A DNA stretch of 64,000 bases from Clostridia bacterium (GTDB lineage Bacteria > Bacillota > Clostridia > Oscillospirales > Acutalibacteraceae): contig JAFVVQ010000037.1 in NCBI GenBank assembly GCA_017502085.1, positions 569 to 64,568 on the forward strand. Reading direction: 5' to 3'. The first letter of the stretch is position 1; each line of letters begins with the position of its first letter. Of the stretch, positions 1-8,691 are shown in pieces. A model generated the notes under the pieces. It made no database searches. It was not told the DNA's origin and was given only the letters and a program-made list of their open reading frames with translations. Position numbers and translations under genes: made by a program.

Positions 1-1
1 C

Positions 2-400
2 GGTGACAGCTCCGATAAACTGCTTTACGAGGATAACGAGATTGAATGCTTCTTTGCAGGTAATCCGAGGGCGGTCGGTCATATGTGTATTGTGTCGAAG
101 AAACATTATCACGATATGAGCGAAGCTCCCGATTTCATTAACGAGAAGTTTGTCAGATTCGCAAAACAGTTTATGATAATTCTTAAAGAGGTTTATAAAT
201 GCGAAAGAGTCTATATGTGCACGATGTGTGACGGCCCGAATAACCACTATCATATTCAGCTGATTCCCCGTTACGGTTTTGAAAAACGCGGAAGCAATAA
301 TTTTGTCAAACAGAGAAGCAGTTACATTTACGATGCTGAAAAGTTTAATAAAGTCAGAAAACTGATAAATGAATATGTATCGGCAGAGAACCGTTCATAA
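2..400 (+). CDS. HIT family protein, 5' end outside the window
   Basis: Frame is open from base 2 (GDSSDKLLYEDNEIECFFAGNPRAVGHMCIVSKKH), matching the HIT pattern P-x-x-x-G-H-x-x-x-x-x-K-x-H; C-terminal HYHIQLIPR is a histidine-triad variant (HxHxQ). Confidence 0.8.
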   Translation, partial: GDSSDKLLYEDNEIECFFAGNPRAVGHMCIVSKKHYHDMSEAPDFINEKFVRFAKQFMIILKEVYKCERVYMCTMCDGPNNHYHIQLIPRYGFEKRGSNNFVKQRSSYIYDAEKFNKVRKLINEYVSAENRS

Positions 401-428
401 ATTTATCGGATGATAAAAGTGAAGGAGA

Positions 429-1052
429 ATGATGATGACACAGAAAGAAAAAATGGTTTCGGGGGATTTGTATCTGCCCGATGACGAGGATGTAATGACC
501 GAGCAGCTGCAACGCCTTGACAGACTGTATGATTTCAATCTTACCCGACCCACTCAGCTTGATAAAAGAGCGGAAATGCTCAAAGAAATGTTCGCCGAAA
601 TCGGTGAAAACTGTTATATTGAGCCGCCGCTTCACGCAAACTGGGGCGGAGCGCACTGCCATTTCGGTAAATGCGTTTATGCGAATTTTAACCTGACTCT
701 CGTTGACGATTCGCATATCTACGTCGGTGACTACACGATGATTGCGCCCAACGTTGTTATTGCAACGGCGGGTCACCCGATTCTTCCCGAATTGCGTGAA
801 AAACAGTATCAGTATAATATGCCCGTTCACATCGGCAGAAACTGCTGGATCGGTGCGGGGGCATTGATTATGCCGGGTGTGACGATAGGCGACAATACCA
901 TCATAGGTGCGGGCAGTGTTGTCACAAAAGATATCCCCGCCAACGTTGTTGCGGTCGGTAATCCGTGCAGAGTGCTTCGTGAAATCAGCGAGCACGACAG
1001 AGAATTTTATTTCAAGGATAAAAGAATCAATTTTTCCGAGCTTGACAGATAA
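429..1052 (+). CDS. Sugar O-acetyltransferase (maltose/galactoside acetyltransferase family)
   Basis: N-terminal EKMVSGDLY Mac domain, hexapeptide repeats (IGRNCWIGAGALIMPGVTIGDNTIIGAGSVV) and GNPCRV; RBS AAGGAG, so the start may be ATG 435. Confidence 0.9.
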   Translation: MMMTQKEKMVSGDLYLPDDEDVMTEQLQRLDRLYDFNLTRPTQLDKRAEMLKEMFAEIGENCYIEPPLHANWGGAHCHFGKCVYANFNLTLVDDSHIYVGDYTMIAPNVVIATAGHPILPELREKQYQYNMPVHIGRNCWIGAGALIMPGVTIGDNTIIGAGSVVTKDIPANVVAVGNPCRVLREISEHDREFYFKDKRINFSELDR

Positions 1053-1056
1053 CCTG

Positions 1057-1081
1057 ACGGGTGGGCGACCACCCGTTTTTT
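1057..1081 (+). terminator. Intrinsic terminator after the acetyltransferase
   Basis: ACGGGTGG-GCGA-CCACCCGT followed by a T run. Confidence 0.8.
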
Positions 1082-1101
1082 GTTGACAAAATTTCAAAAA
1101 T

Positions 1102-1152
1102 CGCACAAATGTTCGATAAAATATTGATTTCCGTCAGTGTATGTGCTATAAT
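1102..1152 (+). promoter_or_regulatory. Putative LexA (SOS) box and sigma-A promoter of the Y-family polymerase
   Basis: CGCAC-AAAT-GTTCG (1102-1115) has one mismatch to the Gram-positive LexA consensus CGAAC-N4-GTTCG; TTGATT(1124)-17 bp-TATAAT(1147) with extended -10 TG. Confidence 0.65.
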
Positions 1153-1216
1153 AAACCGAATCGCAAGGTCGGCGGTATAAGATTTCTGCCCGATATCAAC
1201 GTTAAGGGGGATGAAA

Positions 1217-2710
1217 ATGAGCGAAAACAGAACGTATATTGCTATTGACCTCAAGTCATTCTATGCCAGCGTTGAAGCGATGGAGAGGGATCTTGATCCG
1301 CTGAAAACCAATCTCGTTGTGGCGGATCTTTCGAGAACGGAAAAAACAATCTGCCTTGCCGTATCGCCGAGTCTGAAGGCTTACGGAATTCCGGGCAGAC
1401 CGAGGCTTTTTGAGGTTGTTCAGCAGTTGAAAATCATTAATTCAGAGCGTCGGATGAGAGCGCCGAACAGAAAATTCACGGGCAAATCCTTTGATGCCGA
1501 TGAACTGACTGCCGATCCTTCGCTCGAGATAGATTATATCGTTGCCCCGCCGCAGATGGGGTATTATATCGAATACAGCAATCGGATTCTGCAGGTTTAT
1601 CTGCGATATGTTGCTCCCGAGGATATCCACGTTTACAGTATTGACGAGGTGTTTATCGATGCGACGGATTACCTGAAATCCAACGGTATGACGGGTCACG
1701 ATTTTGCCCGTATGCTCATAAGAGAAGTGCTTGCGGAAACGGGAGTTACCGCAACTGCGGGTGTCGGCACCAACCTTTATCTTTGCAAGGTTGCAATGGA
1801 TATAACGGCAAAGCATATTCCTCCCGACGGAGACGGAGTACGCATTGCGGAACTTGATGAAATGAGTTACCGACGTCAACTCTGGAATCACAGACCGTTG
1901 ACGGATTTCTGGCGTGTTGGCAGGGGGATTTCGCAGAAGCTTGAGCGCAACGGAATGCTCACGATGGGCGACGTTGCAAGGTGTTCGGTGCAGAACGAGG
2001 ATTTGCTTTACAGACTTTTCGGTATCAATGCGGAGCTTCTGATAGACCACGCCTGGGGCTGGGAGCCTTGCAGAATTTCTGACATCAAGGCTTACAGACC
2101 GTCAACAAACTGTCTGAGCTCGGGTCAGGTGTTGCAGGAGCCGTATGAGTTCGTGAAAGCACGTCTTGTTGCCCACGAAATGGCAGATGCCGTGGCTCTC
2201 GATCTCGTTGCGAAGAAGCTTGTCGCCGACAGTATAGTGCTCGTTGTCGGCTATGATATCAGTAACGTCGGCGGTGTGTATAACGGTGAGACACGTACGG
2301 ATTTTTACGGCAGAGAGGTTCCGAATCACGCAAGGGCGACAGTCAGTCTCGGCAGACATACGTCGTCCGCAAAGCTGATTTCAGAGGCAGTGCTCAAGGC
2401 GTTTGACGGAAGTGTTGACAGAAAACTTACAGTGCGACGCATCAATATAACTGTCAATCACGTTATTCCCGAAACGGACGTCAGAGAGGATACTTCGCCC
2501 GAGCAACTTAGTTTATTTGAGGATTATGAGGAAAAGGAACGCAAAAAAGCAGAGGAAAAGGCGGCTCTTGAAAAGGAACACAGAATGCTTGAAACCCTTG
2601 TTGAACTGAAAGAAAAATACGGCAAGAACGCCATCCTCAAGGGTATGAATTTCAAGGAAGGCGCAACCGCAAGGGAGCGGAATTGTCAGATAGGAGGGCA
2701 TAAGGCGTGA
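1217..2710 (+). CDS. Y-family error-prone DNA polymerase (UmuC/ImpB/UvrX-like)
   Basis: IAIDLKSFYASVE, YSIDEVFID catalytic motifs, FWRVGRG helix-hairpin, QLSLF clamp-binding motif, C-terminal IGGHKA typical of Bacillota UvrX-like enzymes. Confidence 0.92.
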   Translation: MSENRTYIAIDLKSFYASVEAMERDLDPLKTNLVVADLSRTEKTICLAVSPSLKAYGIPGRPRLFEVVQQLKIINSERRMRAPNRKFTGKSFDADELTADPSLEIDYIVAPPQMGYYIEYSNRILQVYLRYVAPEDIHVYSIDEVFIDATDYLKSNGMTGHDFARMLIREVLAETGVTATAGVGTNLYLCKVAMDITAKHIPPDGDGVRIAELDEMSYRRQLWNHRPLTDFWRVGRGISQKLERNGMLTMGDVARCSVQNEDLLYRLFGINAELLIDHAWGWEPCRISDIKAYRPSTNCLSSGQVLQEPYEFVKARLVAHEMADAVALDLVAKKLVADSIVLVVGYDISNVGGVYNGETRTDFYGREVPNHARATVSLGRHTSSAKLISEAVLKAFDGSVDRKLTVRRINITVNHVIPETDVREDTSPEQLSLFEDYEEKERKKAEEKAALEKEHRMLETLVELKEKYGKNAILKGMNFKEGATARERNCQIGGHKA

Positions 2711-3138
2711 GTGATAATTATGAAGATATCATCAACCTTCCGCATCACGTTTCAATAAAGCATCCGCATATGAAAATGATTGACAGAGCCGCACAGTTCA
2801 GTCCGTTTGCGGCGCTGACGGGTCACGGGTCGGCGGTTGCGGAAACGGTCAGGCTGACACAGGAATATTCCGAGCCCGATGAGTATGAAAAAAACATCAT
2901 CAATGAAAAACTACGATTTCTTTCCGATTGCATTGCGCGGCATCCCGAGGCTGAAATTACGTATTTTGAGCCGGATAAAAGAAAAAACGGCGGTGAATAT
3001 CTGACCGCTTCGGGTAGAATCGGTAAATTTGATTCGTATAACCGTTACGTTATTATGGAGGACGGGCGAAAAATAGCAATTGATTTTATTTCGGATATCA
3101 ATTGTGCCTCGTTTGAAAAAATTTCGGCTGATTTGTGA
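2707..3138 (+). CDS. YolD-like protein (accessory partner of the Y-family polymerase)
   Basis: YEDIINLPHHVS..HPHM...DRAAQFSPFAALTG signature; GTGA overlap with the polymerase stop. Confidence 0.85.
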   Translation: MSDNYEDIINLPHHVSIKHPHMKMIDRAAQFSPFAALTGHGSAVAETVRLTQEYSEPDEYEKNIINEKLRFLSDCIARHPEAEITYFEPDKRKNGGEYLTASGRIGKFDSYNRYVIMEDGRKIAIDFISDINCASFEKISADL

Positions 3139-3176
3139 CATTTGTCACAGATATCCGTACGGAATAAGGGTATAAT
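3134..3176 (+). promoter_or_regulatory. CRP/FNR-family binding site and -10 box upstream of thioredoxin
   Basis: Perfect TGTGA-CATTTG-TCACA at 3134-3149; TATAAT at 3171-3176; no canonical -35. Confidence 0.7.
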
Positions 3177-3203
3177 TAAAGTACAATAAAAAGAAAGGAT
3201 GTA

Positions 3204-3515
3204 ATGATTATGTCAGTAATCGTTGTAAATAAAAGCAATTTCGAATCCGTAGCCAACAGTGAAAAGCCCGTTCTTCTTGATTTTTATGCCGATTGGTGCG
3301 GTCCTTGCAGAATGGTTTCTCCTCTTGTTGATGAAATCGCGGAAGAAAATCCGCAGTATCTCGTTGGTAAAGTCAACGTTGATAACGAGCCTGAACTTGC
3401 GGCGGCATTCGGTGTTTCTAGCATTCCGATGCTTGCGGTTATGAAGAATGGCAAGGTTGTTGCTCAGGCGGTCGGTGCAAGACCGAAAGAACAGATTCTC
3501 GATATGCTTAAATAA
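3204..3515 (+). CDS. trxA: Thioredoxin
   Basis: DFYADWCGPC active site, cis-Pro SIP motif, about 103 aa; the start may be ATG 3210. Confidence 0.95.
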   Translation: MIMSVIVVNKSNFESVANSEKPVLLDFYADWCGPCRMVSPLVDEIAEENPQYLVGKVNVDNEPELAAAFGVSSIPMLAVMKNGKVVAQAVGARPKEQILDMLK

Positions 3516-3528
3516 AATTGACGCTTTT

Positions 3529-3564
3529 GCGGCGGTGAGGGATACCTTGCCGCCGTATTTTTTT
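3529..3564 (+). terminator. Intrinsic terminator after trxA
   Basis: GCGGCGGTGAGG-GATA-CCTTGCCGCCGT followed by a T tract. Confidence 0.8.
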
Positions 3565-3671
3565 GCAAATAGTTTTATATTGTGTGAATAATGCAAAAAT
3601 ACGAATCGAAAAAATAAAAATATGTTGTTAATTCCGTACAGTTATGATATCATATATTTATTAAGGAGGCG

Positions 3672-5435
3672 ATGCGTCAAATGAATAAATTAATGGACAA
3701 GGCCAAAGCTTTGTTTACCGAAATCAAAACGCATTGGAACACTCCCGCAGAGGGCAAATATGTGCCCTATAAGGAGTATAAAGATGTTGTTTTTGCGGTC
3801 GGCAGTAACTATGCAGGCTCAAAGGTGCTTGAGTACATCGGGTTCTGGTCGTCTTGCTATCTGATTATGCACCACTATAAGCTGCCTTACCTGACCTTCT
3901 CGGTTATCGGCATTCTCAATATGCCGCTTGGCTATATCTCAGCTCTTATGTGGTGGCTTGTATGCGACAATCTCGGCTTCCTTCCCAAGAAGACCGAGAA
4001 AAAATTCTATTTTGTCTATGGTCTTATGATGGCATTCGGTATCTCAACGATACTGTTTGATTATTCAACTTTGTTTAATCAGACGGGAACGTTTATCCGA
4101 CTGCTCAACGGCTTTGAAGGTATGAATGCCACGGCGTGCTTCAAAACATTCGGTACGCATTTCCTGTATACGGGCTGGGTCGGTGCGAGAAATATCTTTT
4201 GGCGCAAGAAGCTGCTGCCCAAATACGGCAGATATAAGTATTCGCTCTATTGCGACGTTGTGCCCAAGTGCATAATGGTTATTCTTATCGGCTGGCTTCC
4301 CGTTTATAACATACCCGACGTTGCAACGAGAGTCTGGGTTGCAAACCTTCTTTTTGCGACCTATAACGTTTTCGGATTTGCGAACAATATGGAAACCTGC
4401 ACCAAGAGTATCAGCCCCAATCTGCAGGAACGAATTTACGTGCGCAGCTATCCTGTCAAGCTTTCCCATTTCTTCAATACGATTTCAGGTCTTGCGATTT
4501 CGGTTGCAATCGGCTTCCTTAAGGAAGAATGGGCGGATATTAATCTTTACAGATACGTTATCCCCGGCACATTTATTTTCTTCGCCGTGATGACGATGTA
4601 CTTTGCGGGCAGGGTCAAGGAAAGAATTCCTCAGCCTCCCGTTGAAAAGAAGGTCCAGATCAAGTTCTGGGACGGTATGTTCGGCGTTCTGAGAAACAAA
4701 TATCTGCTTATCAATACCGTTGTCGGTCTTATCGATTCGCTCGGTAACGGTATGCTTCCTTTTGCGACGATACTTTATCTTTATACCTTCCGTCTGAGTG
4801 GTTTGCCTTACAGCCTGCTCGTTATGCTTATTTCGTTTGCGGGTACGCCGCCCGATTTCCTTTCACCCTATTTTCTCAAGAGATTCTCTTACAGACAGAT
4901 TATGATATTCTATCAGGCTTCCAGAGCTATCGGTAACGCACTTATTGCGGCGGCAATGTGGTTCTGCGGCGATAACGTCAACCTTTGCGGTACAATCTGC
5001 GTTATTGTTCTCTTCTTTATGGAAATGACAAAGACTGTTCCCACAACAGCGGGTCACGATATGAATGTCAGAATCGGTGACTATCAGATGTATCTTTCGG
5101 GTGAACGTCTCGAAAGCTTTGCGGGCGTTTTCGGATGGTTTACAGACCCCATAAAGAATTTTGTCGGTCTTATTATCCCTCTGATGCTTCTCGGCTACGG
5201 TTTCAACAGTAACTGGGATATTCTCTTCCTCGATTCATCGAGAGCGAATATCATTATTGTTCCGCTGCTGTTTGACGTTGTCGGTTTCACGCTTATGACG
5301 ATTCCGTATTTCTTCTGGGATTATGACAGCACCAAACAGAATATGGTTATGGAAGTTCTCAAGAAACGCGCCGAAGTTACCGAGAAGAAGGCGCAAGAAG
5401 AGGGCGAAACCGTCAGCGGCGGTTATATCGGATAA
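3672..5435 (+). CDS. MFS transporter, glycoside-pentoside-hexuronide (MelB/GPH)-like, unusually long
   Basis: Many hydrophobic helices; KYGRYK loop, ISPNLQER, VKERI, NKYLL and DYQMYLSGERLE resemble GPH loop motifs; RBS AAGGAGG. Confidence 0.75.
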   Translation: MRQMNKLMDKAKALFTEIKTHWNTPAEGKYVPYKEYKDVVFAVGSNYAGSKVLEYIGFWSSCYLIMHHYKLPYLTFSVIGILNMPLGYISALMWWLVCDNLGFLPKKTEKKFYFVYGLMMAFGISTILFDYSTLFNQTGTFIRLLNGFEGMNATACFKTFGTHFLYTGWVGARNIFWRKKLLPKYGRYKYSLYCDVVPKCIMVILIGWLPVYNIPDVATRVWVANLLFATYNVFGFANNMETCTKSISPNLQERIYVRSYPVKLSHFFNTISGLAISVAIGFLKEEWADINLYRYVIPGTFIFFAVMTMYFAGRVKERIPQPPVEKKVQIKFWDGMFGVLRNKYLLINTVVGLIDSLGNGMLPFATILYLYTFRLSGLPYSLLVMLISFAGTPPDFLSPYFLKRFSYRQIMIFYQASRAIGNALIAAAMWFCGDNVNLCGTICVIVLFFMEMTKTVPTTAGHDMNVRIGDYQMYLSGERLESFAGVFGWFTDPIKNFVGLIIPLMLLGYGFNSNWDILFLDSSRANIIIVPLLFDVVGFTLMTIPYFFWDYDSTKQNMVMEVLKKRAEVTEKKAQEEGETVSGGYIG

Positions 5436-5448
5436 GGAGGCGGATGAT

Positions 5449-6672
5449 ATGAGTAAAAAAGAGAAAAAACTTAATAATCAGGTTGAAGAAGCTATCTGCC
5501 TCGATATTCCCGAAGAGGATATATGGACATATCATATTGAAGGTCTTGCCGCTCCCAGAATCAACGTGACACCCAAACACTATAACCTCAAAAAGATAAT
5601 TTTTGCTCTCGTTATTGTTGTGGCGGTTACGGTTTCCTGCATTTTCAGTGTTCTTACGCTCAGAAAAGATACTTTTGAATATGAGCAGACTCAGTCGGGT
5701 TATATGTTCAAAAGATTCAGCAACACGGGTTTCATAACCGAACTCGATATCGATTACGTGCTTGAGGTCGAATATGAAATGGGCAATCCCGACCCCAAGA
5801 CGAATTTCAAGGTTGTCAGGGATGAAACAAAACCCGTAACCGAAGTCGGCAGTTACGTGCTTAACTGTGACGAAAAAGTGCAGGTAATCACAATCGGTGC
5901 AGGCGTTGAAAAGGTTGATCCGAAGGCGTTTTATTCCTGCTGGGCGCTCCGTGAAATCAGAGTTGATGAGAATAATCCCAACTATTGCGACGTTGACGGC
6001 GTGCTTTATAACAAGGATAAAACAGAGCTTATCTGCCGTCCCTGTGACCACGATACCTACCTCGCAGAGAAATACGGCTATGCGGAATATGATAACAACA
6101 ACTGGCGCATTGAACCTTCTCAGGATGACCCGAGATACGAGCAGTACGTCAGAGACGTTCTCACCTACGTCGTACCCTCGACGGTGACGACAATCGGTGA
6201 AATGAGTTTCAACTATTCCAATATGGTCAATGTTTATCTGCCCGAAGGACTCAAAACAATAGAAACGCTCGGCTTTTTTGAAATCCCGAATCTTAAGAAT
6301 ATTTATTCTTACAAGACTGCTTCCGCCGTGGCTGATACTCATTTCACATCGGAAGAAGCACTCGGAGAAGTCTATCTTTCGCTTCCCGAAGGCCTCGAGT
6401 ATATCGGCTCTGATGCGTTCAGTTATAACAGGGAGATGAACTATGTTTATATTCCCGAGAGTATAAAATATATCGGTCATCACGCATTCTGGGATACCGT
6501 TTATAAAGAAGACGGCGAACTTAAGGGCGTAAGCATCATCAACGTTGCCGTGTCAGAGGATGCTTTCGAATCGTCGACAGAAATCGGTCCCAACTGGAGA
6601 CCGCAGTATGACTATCTGCTTTTCAAAAAGAGTATCGACGTTGCATATTCTCAGGAAAGACAACACGGATAA
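5449..6672 (+). CDS. Membrane-anchored BspA/TpLRR-type leucine-rich repeat protein
   Basis: Start re-assigned to ATG 5449 (RBS AAGGAGG at 5434-5440); one TM helix (IIFALVIVVAVTVSCIFSVL); repeats VPSTVTTIGEMSF, LPEGLKTIETLGF, LPEGLEYIGSDAF, IPESIKYIGHHAF; NPNYCDVDGVLYNKDKTELI insert. Confidence 0.85.
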   Translation: MSKKEKKLNNQVEEAICLDIPEEDIWTYHIEGLAAPRINVTPKHYNLKKIIFALVIVVAVTVSCIFSVLTLRKDTFEYEQTQSGYMFKRFSNTGFITELDIDYVLEVEYEMGNPDPKTNFKVVRDETKPVTEVGSYVLNCDEKVQVITIGAGVEKVDPKAFYSCWALREIRVDENNPNYCDVDGVLYNKDKTELICRPCDHDTYLAEKYGYAEYDNNNWRIEPSQDDPRYEQYVRDVLTYVVPSTVTTIGEMSFNYSNMVNVYLPEGLKTIETLGFFEIPNLKNIYSYKTASAVADTHFTSEEALGEVYLSLPEGLEYIGSDAFSYNREMNYVYIPESIKYIGHHAFWDTVYKEDGELKGVSIINVAVSEDAFESSTEIGPNWRPQYDYLLFKKSIDVAYSQERQHG

Positions 6673-6680
6673 AATAACGA

Positions 6681-6717
6681 ACTGCCTGCAAGATATTACC
6701 TTGCAGGCAGTGTTTTT
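6681..6717. terminator. Bidirectional terminator between the LRR gene and metF
   Basis: 12-bp stem ACTGCCTGCAAG / CTTGCAGGCAGT with a T tract, between convergent genes. Confidence 0.85.
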
Positions 6718-7596
6718 TTATTTGCCGAGTATATCCGAGAGATTGCTCTGAATCTTCATAGCAACGTCGGGTTTGTTCATCGAATAAACGTGAACGTTGG
6801 TTATTCCGTTTGCATAAAGGTCAATAATCTGGTCGGTTGCATAGGCGATACCCGCTTGCTTCATGGCATAGGGATCTGAGCCGAATTTGTCAACGAGACT
6901 CTTGAATCGCTGGGGTACAAACGAGCCTGAAAGCTTTACCGCTCTTTCGACCTGATTTGCATTCGTGATGGGCATAATTCCGGGAATTATCGGCACCGTT
7001 ATGCCCGCTTCACGGATTTTATAAAGGAAGTTATAGAGCAGATTGTTATCGAAAAACATCTGTGTTGTGAGGAATTCACATCCCGCATCAACCTTCTCTT
7101 TGAGATAAAGGATATCTTCTTTTTGATTCAGGCTTTCGGGATGGATTTCAGGGTAACACGCACCGCCGATGCAGAAATCGGGATCGGTCTCCTTGAGTTC
7201 ACGGATAAGGTCGATCGCGTGTTTGTAATCCCAACCGCTTCTGTCGGCGTTTTCAAGTCCTGTGGGGATATCTCCACGCAGAGCCATAATGTTCTGAATG
7301 CCTGCCGCTTTGATTTCGCAGATTTTTTCTCTGACGGTTTCTCTGGTTGATGAAACGCAGGTCAGGTGAGCAATGCTCGGCACACCGTAACGCTCCTTGA
7401 TATTTTTTGCAATATCCAGGGTGTATCTGCTTGTGCCGCCGCCCGCACCGTATGTAACGCTCATAAAAGAGGGAAGGAGCTTTGCGATTTCTTCGGTAGC
7501 GTTTTTTACGCTTTCAAATGCGGTCTCCGTTTTCGGCGGAAAAACCTCAAACGAGAGCATAAGCTTATTGCTCTTGAGAAGCTCGGATATTTTCAT
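6718..7596 (-). CDS. metF: Methylenetetrahydrofolate reductase
   Basis: SFEVFPPK, SVTYGAGG, AHLTC, ALRGD, YPEIH, TQMFFD and HVYSMN motifs. Confidence 0.96.
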   Translation of the reverse strand: MKISELLKSNKLMLSFEVFPPKTETAFESVKNATEEIAKLLPSFMSVTYGAGGGTSRYTLDIAKNIKERYGVPSIAHLTCVSSTRETVREKICEIKAAGIQNIMALRGDIPTGLENADRSGWDYKHAIDLIRELKETDPDFCIGGACYPEIHPESLNQKEDILYLKEKVDAGCEFLTTQMFFDNNLLYNFLYKIREAGITVPIIPGIMPITNANQVERAVKLSGSFVPQRFKSLVDKFGSDPYAMKQAGIAYATDQIIDLYANGITNVHVYSMNKPDVAMKIQSNLSDILGK

Positions 7597-7720
7597 AAAT
7601 CAATCTCCTCTTTTGGTTGATACCTAATTATACATCTGTTTTTTGATTTTATCAACAGGTAAATCTGTTTGAGTTGACAATATTTTTCCTCTGTGATATT
7701 TTAAATATGAGGTGAGAAAA

Positions 7721-8647
7721 ATGACAGGTATAATAAAAACCGTTCTCAGCATATTTATTTCAGCCATTATGGTAATCAATCCTCAGTTTCTCGATTTGCT
7801 TGATATCGGCAAAATGCCCGATGAAAACAAGAAAATTGATATGGATAAGTTCGTTGAGGTCTGGAGAGACGATTTCAACGGTACGGAGATAGATAAAACC
7901 AAGTGGTCGCCTTCCTGGTGGGTGACTGAACGTAAGGGCGGCTATTGGCATGAGGATATGTGCCGCGTTGAAAACGGTAATCTTATTATCACATCGATGT
8001 ATCTTGATGAGCCGCCTGAAAACCGCTATTACGATAAATGGCACGATGAAATCGATTTCAAGGAATACAAACCCGGTTGGTACACGGGTGAGCTGACGAC
8101 TCAGGGCAAGTATGATCAGACTTACGGATATTTTGAAATCAGATGCATTCTTCCCGCCGCAACAGGTATGTGGAGTGCATTCTGGATGATGAATGACAAA
8201 GTAACAAACGTAGACGGCTCGGGTAAAGACGGCACGGAGGTTGACGTCTTTGAGTCATTCTATTATAAAGACCGATGGTGGGGCAACGACTGCATAACAA
8301 CGGGCATAATTTATGACGGCTACGGCTCCGAAACTCAGAATGCATCCATCGGCAAATATTTCATAAAGGGCAACCCTTATGAAGAATATAACACCTACGG
8401 CGTTGAATGGAATAAGGATGAATATATCTTCTATATCAACGGCTGTGAAACGGGCAGACTCAGTGCGGGCGGAGTCTCGCAAAACCCCGAATATCTTCTG
8501 GTTTCCTGTGAATTTGCGGGTGAAAACGGAATTCAGTTTTCAGACAGACACGGTACGGGTAAAATCAGCAAAACACCTGAGGAAAACTGGCCCGCAGAAT
8601 TTATCGTTGACTATGTTAAATGCTATCAGTACAAAGACCTGGTGTAA
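7721..8647 (+). CDS. Glycoside hydrolase family 16, exported
   Basis: WRDDFNG, YGYFEIR, WSAFWM, catalytic EVDVFE, YGVEW, VDYVKCYQ; hydrophobic N-terminus; RBS GAGGTG. Confidence 0.9.
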   Translation: MTGIIKTVLSIFISAIMVINPQFLDLLDIGKMPDENKKIDMDKFVEVWRDDFNGTEIDKTKWSPSWWVTERKGGYWHEDMCRVENGNLIITSMYLDEPPENRYYDKWHDEIDFKEYKPGWYTGELTTQGKYDQTYGYFEIRCILPAATGMWSAFWMMNDKVTNVDGSGKDGTEVDVFESFYYKDRWWGNDCITTGIIYDGYGSETQNASIGKYFIKGNPYEEYNTYGVEWNKDEYIFYINGCETGRLSAGGVSQNPEYLLVSCEFAGENGIQFSDRHGTGKISKTPEENWPAEFIVDYVKCYQYKDLV

Positions 8648-8651
8648 AAAA

Positions 8652-8685
8652 ACATCCCCGAGGCTCAGCTGAGCTTCGGGGATGT
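8652..8685. terminator. Bidirectional terminator
   Basis: 15-bp stem ACATCCCCGAGGCTC / GAGCTTCGGGGATGT between convergent genes. Confidence 0.85.
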
Positions 8686-8691
8686 GTGATT

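Noticed and set aside
5323-5448. N-terminal extensions in the ORF track (also 24714, 26962, 30385, 31378, 37992, 39082, 42735, 48750, 55136, 60707)
   Set aside because: They overlap upstream genes or promoters; downstream ATGs with a proper RBS and family-typical N-termini fit better.
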